From an uncultured archaeon (lineage in GTDB: Archaea > Aenigmatarchaeota > Aenigmatarchaeia > CG10238-14 > SCSR01), in contig CAZIJH010000003.1 of assembly GCA_964539655.1 (NCBI GenBank), positions 12,113 through 76,112 on the forward strand: a stretch of 64,000 bases of DNA. Direction: 5' to 3'. Positions 37,624 to 47,867 of the stretch are shown here, piece after piece. A model generated the notes under the pieces. The model was not told the origin of the DNA and ran no database searches. It saw nothing but the letters and a program-made list of their open reading frames with translations. Position 1 is the stretch's first letter; each line of letters opens with the position of its first letter. The position numbers and the translations under genes were made by a program.

Positions 37624-38982
37624 TTGTTGGTTATGTATTCTCCTGAAATAGAAAAGGTTCTTAAAAAAAGAAAAATAAAGATAGGTGACTCGATAGAAAT
37701 TGCGAAAGGCGAGGAGACCTACAAGGGAATAATCATGCCGAAGACAGAAGCCGGCGACAAGTCTGTACTTATTTTGAAACTGGAAAACGGCTACAATGTT
37801 GGCATGAGATACGAAAAAACCATGAAATTCAAGCTCGTCAAAAAGGGAACTCCGATAGAATTCAAATCTTCTGGAGAAAGCGTCGAAAAGGATCCTAACA
37901 AGCCGGACGTGTCAATCCTGGGATGCGGCGGTACGATAGCCAGCAGAGTCGAATACAAAACCGGAGCGGTGTTCCCAGCATTTTCGCCGTCCGATTTGGT
38001 AACTTCTTTTCCCGAACTGAAGGAAATTGCGAACATCGACGCGAAAAAAATATTTGACATTTTTTCCGAAGACATGACGCCGGACCACTGGAAAATAATT
38101 GCCGAAGAGGTTGCAAAAGAAATAAAATCGAAAACGGATGGCATAGTGATTACTCATGGCACTGATACGATGCACTACACGTCCGCCGCGCTGAGCTTCA
38201 TGCTGCAAAATCTTCCGAGCCCGGTTGTTCTTGTCGGATCGCAGAGGAGCAGCGACAGGGGGAGCAGCGACAATCTCGTGAATCTCGTGTGTTCCACTAT
38301 TGCCGCCGTGAAATCGGATGTCGCGGAGGTTTCGGTCTGCATGCACGGGGAAATGGACGACAATTTTTGCTATCTGCATCAGGGTACGAAGGTCAGGAAG
38401 ATGCACACGACGAGAAGGGACGCATTCCAATCTATCAACGTGTCGCCGTTCGCAAAAATTTTGTTCAACGAAAAAAAAATCGAATATTTGAGAAACGATT
38501 ACAGGAAGCGTAATTCAAAAGAGAAGTTTGTTCTTGATGACAAGATGAATTCGAATGTCGGAATTGTTTACATTCATCCCGGAATTAAGCCGAAACTTTT
38601 GGAATCAATGAAAAGGGATTACGATGGAATTGTAATAGCCGCTACCGGGCTGGGGCACGTCCCGACAAATCCGTCAAAGGACAAGCTGACAAAAAGTCTT
38701 ATTCCGTCGATCAAAAGTCTTGTGGACTCGGGAGTTCCTGTTGTCATTTCTCCGCAGACAATTTTCGGAAGAGTCGATTTGAACGTTTATTCCTCGGGAA
38801 GAATTCTGAAAGACGCCGGTGTGATCGGCGACGGCGCTGACTGGACGCCGGAGACTGCTATGGTGAAACTGATGTGGGTTCTCGGACACACAAAGAAAAT
38901 GAAAGACGTCAAAGAAATTATGGAAAAAAATATTGCTGGCGAAATATCCGGCCAGATATCCAGCGAATCTTTCCTGGTGTGA
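37624..38982 (+). CDS. gatD: Glu-tRNA(Gln) amidotransferase subunit D
   Basis: GGTIASRV, HGTDT, SQRSSDR. Confidence 0.97.
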   Translation: MLVMYSPEIEKVLKKRKIKIGDSIEIAKGEETYKGIIMPKTEAGDKSVLILKLENGYNVGMRYEKTMKFKLVKKGTPIEFKSSGESVEKDPNKPDVSILGCGGTIASRVEYKTGAVFPAFSPSDLVTSFPELKEIANIDAKKIFDIFSEDMTPDHWKIIAEEVAKEIKSKTDGIVITHGTDTMHYTSAALSFMLQNLPSPVVLVGSQRSSDRGSSDNLVNLVCSTIAAVKSDVAEVSVCMHGEMDDNFCYLHQGTKVRKMHTTRRDAFQSINVSPFAKILFNEKKIEYLRNDYRKRNSKEKFVLDDKMNSNVGIVYIHPGIKPKLLESMKRDYDGIVIAATGLGHVPTNPSKDKLTKSLIPSIKSLVDSGVPVVISPQTIFGRVDLNVYSSGRILKDAGVIGDGADWTPETAMVKLMWVLGHTKKMKDVKEIMEKNIAGEISGQISSESFLV

Positions 38983-38985
38983 AAG

Positions 38986-40425
38986 ATGGAAAATAAAAAA
39001 TTCAGATCGGGTCTGGAGATTCATCTTCAGCTCGACACCAAGCACAAACTTTTCTGCAACAGCCTGACGACGATGAAGGAAAAGGATCCTATAAGAATCG
39101 TCACGCGCAAACAGCATCCTGTCGCAAGTGAACTGGGAAAAATAGACATAGCAGCGCAGCACGAACTTTTGAGAAACAGAATTTTCAAGTACCAAGTTTT
39201 CAAGAACGAGACATGTCTCGTAGAGTTAGATGAGGAGCCGCCGCATCCTTTGAATGTGGAAGCTCTAGAAATCGCGATACAAATTTCACTGATGCTTAAC
39301 TGCAAAATTTCTAGCGAAGTCCAAGTTATGAGAAAAACTGTAATTGACGGAAGCACGCCGACAAGCTTTCAGAGAACGATGATAATTGGCATGGACGGTC
39401 ACATAGATTACAAGGGAAGAAAAGTTCCGATTACGTATGTTGGGCTCGAGGAAGACGCCAGCGCGATAGTCAGCGAGAACGAGAAGGAAGCGGTTTTCAG
39501 ATTAAACAGATTGGGCGTTCCGCTCGTCGAAATCGACACGGATATTTTGGAAGGCTTCACGCCGGAAGAAATTCAGGAGATTGCATTTACAATTGGGATG
39601 ATTGGAAAATCCACAAGAAAAATGAAGCGCGGCATCGGATCAATAAGGCAGGACATCAACATTAGCACGAAAGGCGACAGAGTAGAAATAAAAGGCGTGC
39701 AGGATCTCGGCATGATGTCCAAAATTATAGAAATAGAAATTGACAGACAACTAAGCGCCAAGGAAATTTCCAAGGAAACGCGTTCAGTTAATCCGGACGG
39801 CACAACTAAATTCACAAGGCCGCTTCCTGGAGCAAACAGGATGTATCCTGAAACCGATATTCCTCCAGTAACAATCTCGAAAGAGACAATTCAAAATATT
39901 AAAAAGAATTTACCAGAACCATTGACAGAAAAGTTGCAGAAGCTAAAAACAAAATTCAAACTATCTGATTTGCTTGCGAAAGAAATATTGCGGTCCGATT
40001 ACCTCGATCTTTTTGAAGAAATAATGGGCGGCAATAAATTGGAATCGTCCGTCGTTGCCAACACTTTTGTTTCGGTGCTGAAAGATTTGGAGAAAAGGGA
40101 GAAGATTCCGGTCGAGAGTCTTACCGACGCGCATTTCAAGGAAATTTTCAGTTTGCTATCAGAACGCAAGATTGCGAAGGAAGCGATTCCCGAAATAGTT
40201 AAACACTTGGCGAAAAATCCAGACGAGAAAATTTCAGCTTCGTTGAAGCAGCTGAATCTTGAGCAGATTTCGGAACAGGACATAGAAAAAATTATTCTGG
40301 AAATTTTGAAACAGCCCGGAATAGATCAGAACAAAGCAATTGGGTTAGTGATGAGCAAAGTGCGAGGCAAAGCCGACGCACAGAACGTGATCAAGCTCGT
40401 CAAAAAACATTTCGAGAAAAAATAA
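38986..40425 (+). CDS. gatE: Glu-tRNA(Gln) amidotransferase subunit E (short form)
   Basis: GLEIH, DEEPP, RLGVPLVEI, RPLPGANRMYPETD. Confidence 0.95.
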   Translation: MENKKFRSGLEIHLQLDTKHKLFCNSLTTMKEKDPIRIVTRKQHPVASELGKIDIAAQHELLRNRIFKYQVFKNETCLVELDEEPPHPLNVEALEIAIQISLMLNCKISSEVQVMRKTVIDGSTPTSFQRTMIIGMDGHIDYKGRKVPITYVGLEEDASAIVSENEKEAVFRLNRLGVPLVEIDTDILEGFTPEEIQEIAFTIGMIGKSTRKMKRGIGSIRQDINISTKGDRVEIKGVQDLGMMSKIIEIEIDRQLSAKEISKETRSVNPDGTTKFTRPLPGANRMYPETDIPPVTISKETIQNIKKNLPEPLTEKLQKLKTKFKLSDLLAKEILRSDYLDLFEEIMGGNKLESSVVANTFVSVLKDLEKREKIPVESLTDAHFKEIFSLLSERKIAKEAIPEIVKHLAKNPDEKISASLKQLNLEQISEQDIEKIILEILKQPGIDQNKAIGLVMSKVRGKADAQNVIKLVKKHFEKK

Positions 40426-40428
40426 TTT

Positions 40429-41001
40429 TTAATTCTCGTTGATTATCGGATACTCGTAATCCGTAAAGCAGATTGCGACGATTGCCGTTCCGAATTTCTT
40501 TATCGGCACGGTGCTTCTCGACACAAATTCTATTCCGCGCAAATCATAATCTTCTGAAAACCCGTTTTGAAAAAGTTCGTTCAGGCTCATTTGGAGAGAT
40601 TTTCTCGCTTCCTCTTCGGTTTCTCCTCCGTGGTATTCGCAGACAAGCCCGCCGTACTTTTCTCCGGTCATCTTGTTGTAAAGCCATCCGAAAATAATCG
40701 CGGCTGTCGCGCGTTTTCCCTTTTTGGAATCGGCAGTCGCCATTATTGTTTCCATTACCGAACCGTGCACCAAATTATTCGGCTTCTCGACTCTCTGTGC
40801 AATCGCCGGCAAAATCGAGGAATAAACGATTATGTTGCATTTTTCTATCCCCGCATCCTTGAGCGCCAGATGATAAGAGCCAGCATGGACAGTTATGTCG
40901 CTCTCGCCGACACCCGAGGTTACGAAAAAATCTTTTGGAATTCTGTTTCCGATTGTCAATGTCTTGGACTGAAGAAGAAGAGTCTGCTTGTTTTTTAACA
41001 T
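40429..41001 (-). CDS. pdaD: Pyruvoyl-dependent arginine decarboxylase
   Basis: ALKDAGIEKCNIIVYSSILP with Ser-Ser cleavage site. Confidence 0.9.
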   Translation of the reverse strand: MLKNKQTLLLQSKTLTIGNRIPKDFFVTSGVGESDITVHAGSYHLALKDAGIEKCNIIVYSSILPAIAQRVEKPNNLVHGSVMETIMATADSKKGKRATAAIIFGWLYNKMTGEKYGGLVCEYHGGETEEEARKSLQMSLNELFQNGFSEDYDLRGIEFVSRSTVPIKKFGTAIVAICFTDYEYPIINEN

Positions 41002-41083
41002 TTCCTAGGATCGTGCGTCTCCATCTTTTTGTTAAATAGTTATTATTGCAGGGCTGCTATTTAAATCTATTGGAAATTTTTTC

Positions 41084-41653
41084 TCAAAAAATTTTGTTTT
41101 GCAAACCAAGCTTATCCCTTGCAAGAACAAGTCCAAGGTAAGAATAGCTTAATGTCTCTTCTTTTCCTGTTGAAAATAGATTCAATGCTTCTTCGAAGGG
41201 GATTTTTACAACTTCTATTTTCTCGTCGGAATCGGGATTCTTTTTAGATTCGAACAGTTCACGGGCAAGATAGATGCTCACATTTGATTGGATGCTTGCC
41301 ATGAACAGGCCTGAATATAATTTTTCTAATTTCCTGGCGTCCAATCCGACTTCTTCCCTGAGTTCGTTGTGCGCCTGCCTGATTCTCCCGTCTTCGGTCT
41401 TTTCATTGCACTTGCCTGCCGGAATCTGCAAAACATATTTTCTATGAGCTGTCCTCCACTCTTTACAGAGATACACGTTATTTTCCGAATCTATCGGAAC
41501 AATTGCGACAACGTCTGGCAACTTTCTGTATTCTTGGTCATGTACCGTCCCGTCTCCAAAATCTACTTTTGCCATGACAACCTCAATTCCCCTTTTGTAT
41601 ACGGTCTCTTCACCAAGTATTTTCGGAGTATTTTTTTCTGCCAGTTTAATCAA
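41084..41653 (-). CDS. NUDIX hydrolase (ADP-ribose pyrophosphatase-like)
   Basis: IPAG...AHNELREEVG. Confidence 0.88.
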   Translation of the reverse strand: MIKLAEKNTPKILGEETVYKRGIEVVMAKVDFGDGTVHDQEYRKLPDVVAIVPIDSENNVYLCKEWRTAHRKYVLQIPAGKCNEKTEDGRIRQAHNELREEVGLDARKLEKLYSGLFMASIQSNVSIYLARELFESKKNPDSDEKIEVVKIPFEEALNLFSTGKEETLSYSYLGLVLARDKLGLQNKIF

Positions 41654-42528
41654 CTCGTGTGAATTTCGATTGTGTCCAGATCATTTAATTTGTAATCGAG
41701 CCCGACTTTTTGCCCGCTGAACTTTGTATTGTTAAATACCCGCGCAAACTTAAACGTCTTCAGAAAATCTTTGTGTATGTGGCTCGCAATGTCTTTTACA
41801 GTGGACCCAGCGGGCACAGTCACGGGAGGAACTATTCTCGGCTTGCCGGGAGATTTTGTGTAGACGCGTATCATTCCAAGCTTTTCCCAAATTTTTTCTT
41901 TCAGCTTTTCTAAACCAGTTCCTTCTTTCGCGGACACCTGAAACAATTCTTTTTTCGGCGCGATGTCAGACTTGTTCCCGACAATCAGTATGTTCCTGTT
42001 CTTCACGCCGTTGTCTTTCAGCATGCCAGTTATTTCGGCCAGCTGCATTTTGGTATCCTTTAAAGGATCGAGTAGAATTAAAATCAAATCGCAGCCGTGC
42101 AGCAAGCTTATCGCGTCGCTGTCGAATGTTGACGGTATCTCTATCAGCTGGATCAGCACTCCTTTAAAATCCACCATGCCGACTTTCGGCTCGCTTGTCG
42201 TGAAAGGGTAATCGCTCACCTGGACATTCGCATTTGTCAAAGACGACAGCAGCTGGCTCTTCCCAGAATTTGTGAGGCCCACTATGCAGACCTGCCCCGC
42301 CCCTTCTTTCCTTATCGAGAATTTCGGCTTGGACGAGGTCTTTCCGGATTTCATTTCTTTCAGAATAGCCAGCCTTTTCCTCAGCTGCGCGAGAAGGTTA
42401 TGAGCTCCCTTGTGTTTCGGAAGCGTACGGATCATTTCTTCGAGGGCGCGGATTTTTTCTTCTTTGTTCTTCGCCTGGAAATATTTTTTCTCCGCAAGAT
42501 AATATTCAGGTCCAGCGTTGACCGGCAT
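41650..42528 (-). CDS. DRG-family GTPase with TGS domain
   Basis: PKHKG, GLTNSGKS, YPFTT, NKSD, IHKDF. Confidence 0.92.
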   Translation of the reverse strand: MPVNAGPEYYLAEKKYFQAKNKEEKIRALEEMIRTLPKHKGAHNLLAQLRKRLAILKEMKSGKTSSKPKFSIRKEGAGQVCIVGLTNSGKSQLLSSLTNANVQVSDYPFTTSEPKVGMVDFKGVLIQLIEIPSTFDSDAISLLHGCDLILILLDPLKDTKMQLAEITGMLKDNGVKNRNILIVGNKSDIAPKKELFQVSAKEGTGLEKLKEKIWEKLGMIRVYTKSPGKPRIVPPVTVPAGSTVKDIASHIHKDFLKTFKFARVFNNTKFSGQKVGLDYKLNDLDTIEIHTS

Positions 42529-42555
42529 AAATTAAATTTCCAATTCAAGAATAAA

Positions 42556-43131
42556 TTAGTCCTCTTCTCCCATCGTCAAGTCGGAATCCTCGATTTTGAC
42601 TTCCTTGGTGTCTTCCGTATTTTCTTTCCTTCTCGATCTCGACATGCCGCCAGTTCCCCTGAAAAGGGTGAGCTTGGCTTGCAATATTCTCTGTATCTCT
42701 TCCGGATTTGCCATTCCCTTCATCGTGAATTCGTCCTTGAATCCCCTGATGTCGACGTCCCCGAAATTCATTATCCTTCCCAGTATTCCTTTTTTGACAG
42801 AAACATCGGCGATGTTCTGGATCGGAACGACCAGCCTTTTCTTTCTCAGCAAACCTTCTATCTTCACGATCTCGTTCGTCGTAATGTGGTACTTTCTTAT
42901 GAATCCTTCCATGATGGGCTCTTCCACAAGAAATGAAATGACCGACAGGATTCCAAGAATTATGAAGGTGTCCATCATCTCGTTGATGCTTCTCGGGACA
43001 AGACTGAAGCCTATGTCGAATCGGCCAACAAGCAAAATAAGAAAAGTCGCGACAAGTCCCGCCATTACGTAGTTCCAAAAATACGCTCTTCGCGATGTCT
43101 TGTAAAAAAGTCCCTTTTCCCCGACTTTCAT
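42556..43131 (-). CDS. Membrane protein with bacterial-type PH domain
   Basis: Two TM helices then Y.ITT..I....GL...I.DV.V..GILGRI..FGDV. Confidence 0.85.
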   Translation of the reverse strand: MKVGEKGLFYKTSRRAYFWNYVMAGLVATFLILLVGRFDIGFSLVPRSINEMMDTFIILGILSVISFLVEEPIMEGFIRKYHITTNEIVKIEGLLRKKRLVVPIQNIADVSVKKGILGRIMNFGDVDIRGFKDEFTMKGMANPEEIQRILQAKLTLFRGTGGMSRSRRKENTEDTKEVKIEDSDLTMGEED

Positions 43132-43229
43132 AATCCTAACTTGTGGGATTTAGAATATATTTTTAGAATTTTCAAGAAAGTAAAATAAAAAAATTCTAAT
43201 TTTTGCGATTCAGATTATCTTTTGTATCT

Positions 43230-43616
43230 TTATTCAGATTTTTCTTCAGACTCTTCCTCTTCAGATCCTGTCTCTTCCTCGGCCGTCTCGGAAGTCTCAG
43301 TCGACTCCTCGGCAGTCTCGGTTGATTCAGAAGATGATTCAGAAGCTGCACCGGCTTTCTCACCGATTGCAAATCTGTCTCTCACGTCGGTTATCTTTAT
43401 TTTGGTCTTTTCACCCTGTTTTACGCCGTTTACGAAGACAACGAAGTTCTTGATGCGGGCGATACCGTCACCCTTAGATCCGACTTCGTTTATCTCAACG
43501 TCGTACTCTTCGCCGACTTTGACTGGCTTAGGCAAGTCCTCACGCGGTCCGCCGAAGCGTCTTCCTCCGCCGAATCCTCTGCCACCGCCGAAGTTTCCTC
43601 TTCTTTCAAATCTCAT
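43230..43616 (-). CDS. Single TRAM-domain RNA chaperone with Arg/Gly-rich N-terminus and acidic tail
   Basis: PVKVGEEYDVEI..VGSKGDGIARI. Confidence 0.93.
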   Translation of the reverse strand: MRFERRGNFGGGRGFGGGRRFGGPREDLPKPVKVGEEYDVEINEVGSKGDGIARIKNFVVFVNGVKQGEKTKIKITDVRDRFAIGEKAGAASESSSESTETAEESTETSETAEEETGSEEEESEEKSE

Positions 43617-43757
43617 TTAAATTTCCTCCATTAGTTTACTTGGTTTTTTTTACAATCAAACGTAGAGTCCTTTTCAGAATTAGACTTTTAGTCCTTTCCT
43701 TGAGTTACTCCAGTTCTTTCGTTAATAATCTAGATACTATGACAGGTATTTAAGCTT

Positions 43758-44345
43758 TTGATTCTTCAAAATCTTACTATGCCCGGAAAGAGGAAAGTTG
43801 TAGACGTCTATCTCGAGTCGGCGAGGAAGCTGCGCGCCAGCCTTCCGAAATCGATAATTTTTCTCGGCGCCGCGATGCTCATCTGGCTTTTCGGCACGAA
43901 CATACTTATTCCTCTCGGCACTGGAGTTCTGATATACGACACAGAGACGTCCAAGATAATCAACCTGATCGTGATTGTTTCCATATTCGTCATGATCTCA
44001 GCAACGTTCCGCGAGATAAGGGAGGTCGCCGACGCGAGCGCGGGATTCGTGATATATTTTGTCGGGAACGGAAGGAAATCCGTCGACGAGACGAGGCTCC
44101 ACAAATTGAGAAAGACTTTTAGGAATCTTTCGTACGTCATCCTCGCGTCGATCGTATTTCTGATTTTCAAGCCGATACTCGACGGAATCCATCCAGCGCT
44201 GGCAGGAATAGTTCTTGTCGTGATTTCAATCTGGACGATAATCTCTCTGTACGCGGTCGTGATGGCGATGAGCAGCGAGATCGAGGAAGCTGCGACGTCG
44301 TTCTCGGAAAATTTGGAAAAGCAAATCAAGAAAAAGAAGTCATAA
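43758..44345 (+). CDS. Four-TM membrane protein
   Basis: Hydrophobic helices; start probably 43779. Confidence 0.75.
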   Translation: MILQNLTMPGKRKVVDVYLESARKLRASLPKSIIFLGAAMLIWLFGTNILIPLGTGVLIYDTETSKIINLIVIVSIFVMISATFREIREVADASAGFVIYFVGNGRKSVDETRLHKLRKTFRNLSYVILASIVFLIFKPILDGIHPALAGIVLVVISIWTIISLYAVVMAMSSEIEEAATSFSENLEKQIKKKKS

Positions 44346-44346
44346 T

Positions 44347-45222
44347 ATGACAATTCAAGAAGAAATTGAAAAATTTATAGAAATTTTATCTGCTGGATTC
44401 ATTGGTGCTGGTATTGGAGTTGCTATAACATTTGCAGAGAAAGTAACTTTTGTGGGACTCTTTGTCATTATTTCTTGGATTATGTTCATAGGTGGAATTA
44501 TATTTATCATATCTCGTTCTTTTAGAATCAAAAAATATATTGAATTGAAACTGACAAAAAAATATAGTTTAATTAAAAAGAATAAAACATTCTTAATTAG
44601 AAAATTTTATAATAATAAAAATTGGTACGAAATTTCGCTTATTATACTTACTTTTATTGCAACAATTGCTGCTTTGATTACAACTTTATTTTCATTTTGG
44701 ACTGTAGGGATAGCAAAAGATACATTAATTATTGCTCAAAATAGTTTTCAATTAGAAATTGACCCTACACCGTTATTAGATTCAAAACTATATTACGCTT
44801 TAAACATTATGCCAGAAAATCCACAGATTAATGGTACAATACCTACTCGTTATCCTCAAATAGAATTTAATTTATCAATTGCAAATAGGGGAACTACAGA
44901 TACAGTAGTTATTTTAACTGCAAATTGTACTGGTAATTTTGAAGTAGATCACTCTTATGGAAATACTAAGTTTGCTCAATACTGTGGAAATGGTACTCTT
45001 TTATGGATTGATAGACAAATTTTAGATATTGGGAATAAATTAGAAAAAACATTTTATATAAAAACAAATCATGATCTAATAAATGGAGAGCGTATCAAAG
45101 GTAAAATTATATTTTATATATTTGACCAAACAAAACGTGTTTTTCTAACAAAAGAACTTCGTGTTAATTTATTTGCAACAAATGAAAGCGTATCAGGAAC
45201 TTCTGTAATATCTTACAGTTAG
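44347..45222 (+). CDS. AT-rich membrane protein with a soluble beta-rich domain
   Basis: Three TM helices; abrupt GC drop. Confidence 0.65.
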   Translation: MTIQEEIEKFIEILSAGFIGAGIGVAITFAEKVTFVGLFVIISWIMFIGGIIFIISRSFRIKKYIELKLTKKYSLIKKNKTFLIRKFYNNKNWYEISLIILTFIATIAALITTLFSFWTVGIAKDTLIIAQNSFQLEIDPTPLLDSKLYYALNIMPENPQINGTIPTRYPQIEFNLSIANRGTTDTVVILTANCTGNFEVDHSYGNTKFAQYCGNGTLLWIDRQILDIGNKLEKTFYIKTNHDLINGERIKGKIIFYIFDQTKRVFLTKELRVNLFATNESVSGTSVISYS

Positions 45223-45233
45223 AAATTATTATA

Positions 45234-45248
45234 GCACCGAGGGTGCGA
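45234..45248 (-). repeat. Degenerate copy of the tRNA-Ser 3' end (att-like)
   Basis: GCACCGAGGGTGCGA versus GCGCCGAGGGTGGGA at 47031-47045 (13/15). Confidence 0.6.
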
Positions 45249-45385
45249 CCAGCAGCTTGGACGCGGCTCCTTTGTATACGTGAAGTTCCGCTAGGAACTT
45301 ACTTTCATGTATTGGCCTCACATGCAGAAATAGTTAGCTAATTTAAAATAACAAACATTTAGCTTTTGCTTAACTTTATACAAAT

Positions 45386-46930
45386 ATGTTAGATGATTTA
45401 CTAGCATTATCAAACAGTATTTCCGAACCAATAAAGAATAGTTTACCACCAAGTATTCAACCTTATTCAATTTTAATAATCTTTGCTTCATTATCATCAT
45501 TTTTCGTATTGTTAACATCAATTTTACCATCAATTATCCAATTCTTAAAACAAGAAATTTCTGATTCAAAAGAAAGAGGTAAAATTACAAAATGGTTTTT
45601 ACATTTGGATAATGTACAAAAAATTTTGGGATTAGATAAAGAAAGAAAAGACGAATCAAATTTATTGAAAAGTCAACAAATCATTATTTCTGTTTCGCTA
45701 ATTTTATCTACTTTAGTTATATATCTCATTTCATGGTGGTTGAACGCATTTATTATAATATTTTTTGTTAATGCGATAATATTATTTTTATTGGGTATTT
45801 TTGGAATAGTGTTAACATTCTCACAAATATTCTTTGATAATTCAAAAATTGTTAATGCTTATTACAAATATTTGAGACCAGTAATTTTTTATTTTTCTTT
45901 GGAAGGAATTTTAGCATCAATTGCATTATACCCAAACATACTTAACAAGAATTTATATTTCTTAACATTACTTGCAATATATTTTCTGATACCAATTTTC
46001 ATAGATTTGTTCAGCTTTAGATCCTTTTCTAAAGGACTCTTTGAAAAGAAAATAAAAAATTTAATGATGAAAAATATCGAGAGATTGCCTCAAATTAGTA
46101 TCACTTATGACAATGGAAATATTATACATGGAAAAATTTATAACATATTCAATAAAGATTTTATTGTTCTAAAAAATAGATATAAGGAAACGTTTGCGTA
46201 TTGGAAAAATATTCAATTTATTGAGTCTACAAACAATCTTCCTATTTTAGAAAATTTAAAATTAGTTAAACTCTGTGATAAAGGATTCGAAATTCTTTAC
46301 CAATTAGCAAAATATGTCACAGTAACAAAAGAAGAAGATTTAATTAATCCACGACTTTCTCCAATAAGTCTAGTCTATTCAAACTCATTGATTTTCTTAG
46401 GTTCGGCTTTTAATGATGCATTAGAAGGTAGATACCCAAGTTCAGCTAATAATTTACGGGCCTCATTTGAAGCACATCTGTTACTTGAGAAACTTTATCG
46501 GGCAACAGATGAAGAATTAAAAATATACAAAGAACATAGAGACCCAACTAACGAGAAAACTTTCAATGCTTATTGGGATGTTTTTAGACCTGGTAAAATA
46601 ATGGATTTGCTGCCAGCAGATATCAAAGAAAAGTTTAAACTTGCCTATAAAAGGATGAGCTCATATGCCCATTCTAGTGTATTTGGTATAATAGACAATG
46701 TACAAAAAGAAATGTTAGGAGAACAAAAAATTGTTGCTTTTGGTCCATCTTATCAAAGAGAGCTAACTGAAAGTCGACTTAAGGATATTTTAGCAATGAT
46801 ATGGTTAAATAGTTCAAGTATTTCAAGGATATTTTCTGATAGACTTTCAAATGACATAAAACAAAAAATAAATTTATGGGGTGATAAATTAGAAAATATC
46901 GGTGCATTTAGCAATAGTACTAACGCCTAG
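45386..46930 (+). CDS. AT-rich multi-TM protein with C-terminal HEPN-like (DUF5677-like) domain
   Basis: TM helices; NLRASFEA and YKRMSSYAH motifs. Confidence 0.65.
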   Translation: MLDDLLALSNSISEPIKNSLPPSIQPYSILIIFASLSSFFVLLTSILPSIIQFLKQEISDSKERGKITKWFLHLDNVQKILGLDKERKDESNLLKSQQIIISVSLILSTLVIYLISWWLNAFIIIFFVNAIILFLLGIFGIVLTFSQIFFDNSKIVNAYYKYLRPVIFYFSLEGILASIALYPNILNKNLYFLTLLAIYFLIPIFIDLFSFRSFSKGLFEKKIKNLMMKNIERLPQISITYDNGNIIHGKIYNIFNKDFIVLKNRYKETFAYWKNIQFIESTNNLPILENLKLVKLCDKGFEILYQLAKYVTVTKEEDLINPRLSPISLVYSNSLIFLGSAFNDALEGRYPSSANNLRASFEAHLLLEKLYRATDEELKIYKEHRDPTNEKTFNAYWDVFRPGKIMDLLPADIKEKFKLAYKRMSSYAHSSVFGIIDNVQKEMLGEQKIVAFGPSYQRELTESRLKDILAMIWLNSSSISRIFSDRLSNDIKQKINLWGDKLENIGAFSNSTNA

Positions 46931-47031
46931 TCAATAGCGTTTAAATCTAATTATAACGCCACCACATTTTTCACAGATTCTCGTCTAACCTAAGAGCAAA
47001 AGTTGCAAGCGGAGCTGTATCTGAGATGATG

Positions 47032-47115
47032 CGCCGAGGGTGGGATTTGAACCCACAAGAGCTTGCGCTCGCTGGTTTTCGAGACCAGTGCCATACCGGG
47101 TTAGGCGACCTCGGC
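47032..47115 (-). tRNA. tRNA-Ser(CGA)
   Basis: Acceptor GCCGAGG/CCTCGGC, anticodon arm CTGGT-CTCGAAA-ACCAG, long variable arm, GTTCAAATC; no encoded CCA. Confidence 0.97.
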
Positions 47116-47124
47116 ATCCAATAC

Positions 47125-47811
47125 TTATTGTTTATCTGCAACAGCAAAATCTTTAACTTCGATGTAACCTGATTGTGTTTTGGAATCCCAAATCTTGGTA
47201 AAATCTTTTATGTTAATTCTTTTCTTGAAAATCGGGCAGTCTAAAACAAATGATTCCGCTTCTCCGCCTTCGAATCCGGGATGTATCCCGTACTTCTCGT
47301 GCAACTTTTCAAGATCGCCAATCACTTTGTCGTCAACGATTTTTCCCAGCCAGCTCTCGTCGAATCCTTCAGCGGCGACGGCAGTGATCATAATTTTGAA
47401 GCCTTTCTTGACCTCTTCTCTTAATCTTTCAATCTGGTCCGCCTGCCACAAAGGAGCGATGCTTTGCAATCCAAGTTCCTTACAAATATTATCGACCCTC
47501 GTCTTCTGATAATTGCTCGCCAATGCACCAGAAACTACTCCGTCAATTTCATTTTTTATTTTCTCCAAAACATTTTTCAAATCATCCAATTCCTTTTCTT
47601 TTTCGCCTTCCGTCTCTGCCATTATTTGTTTTATCCCCATCGATTCAGCCTGAAATTTTGTGAATTCAATCAACGGCTTGTGAAACATCCATGAATCTGC
47701 TTTTCTCGGCTTCATCGTGATCAAGTATTTTATCTCGTGCCCTTCTTTCATCGCCTGAAAAATTGCGTAGACAGAATCCTTTCCTCCGCTGAACAAAGCT
47801 GCCAGTCTCAT
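47125..47811 (-). CDS. dph6: Diphthine-ammonia ligase
   Basis: LFSGGKDS, SWMFH, EGGEAES. Confidence 0.92.
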   Translation of the reverse strand: MRLAALFSGGKDSVYAIFQAMKEGHEIKYLITMKPRKADSWMFHKPLIEFTKFQAESMGIKQIMAETEGEKEKELDDLKNVLEKIKNEIDGVVSGALASNYQKTRVDNICKELGLQSIAPLWQADQIERLREEVKKGFKIMITAVAAEGFDESWLGKIVDDKVIGDLEKLHEKYGIHPGFEGGEAESFVLDCPIFKKRINIKDFTKIWDSKTQSGYIEVKDFAVADKQ

Positions 47812-47867
47812 ATAGCATCGTTTAACAGTTTTGAATTTTTAAATCTATCCGATGACACTATAGAGAC

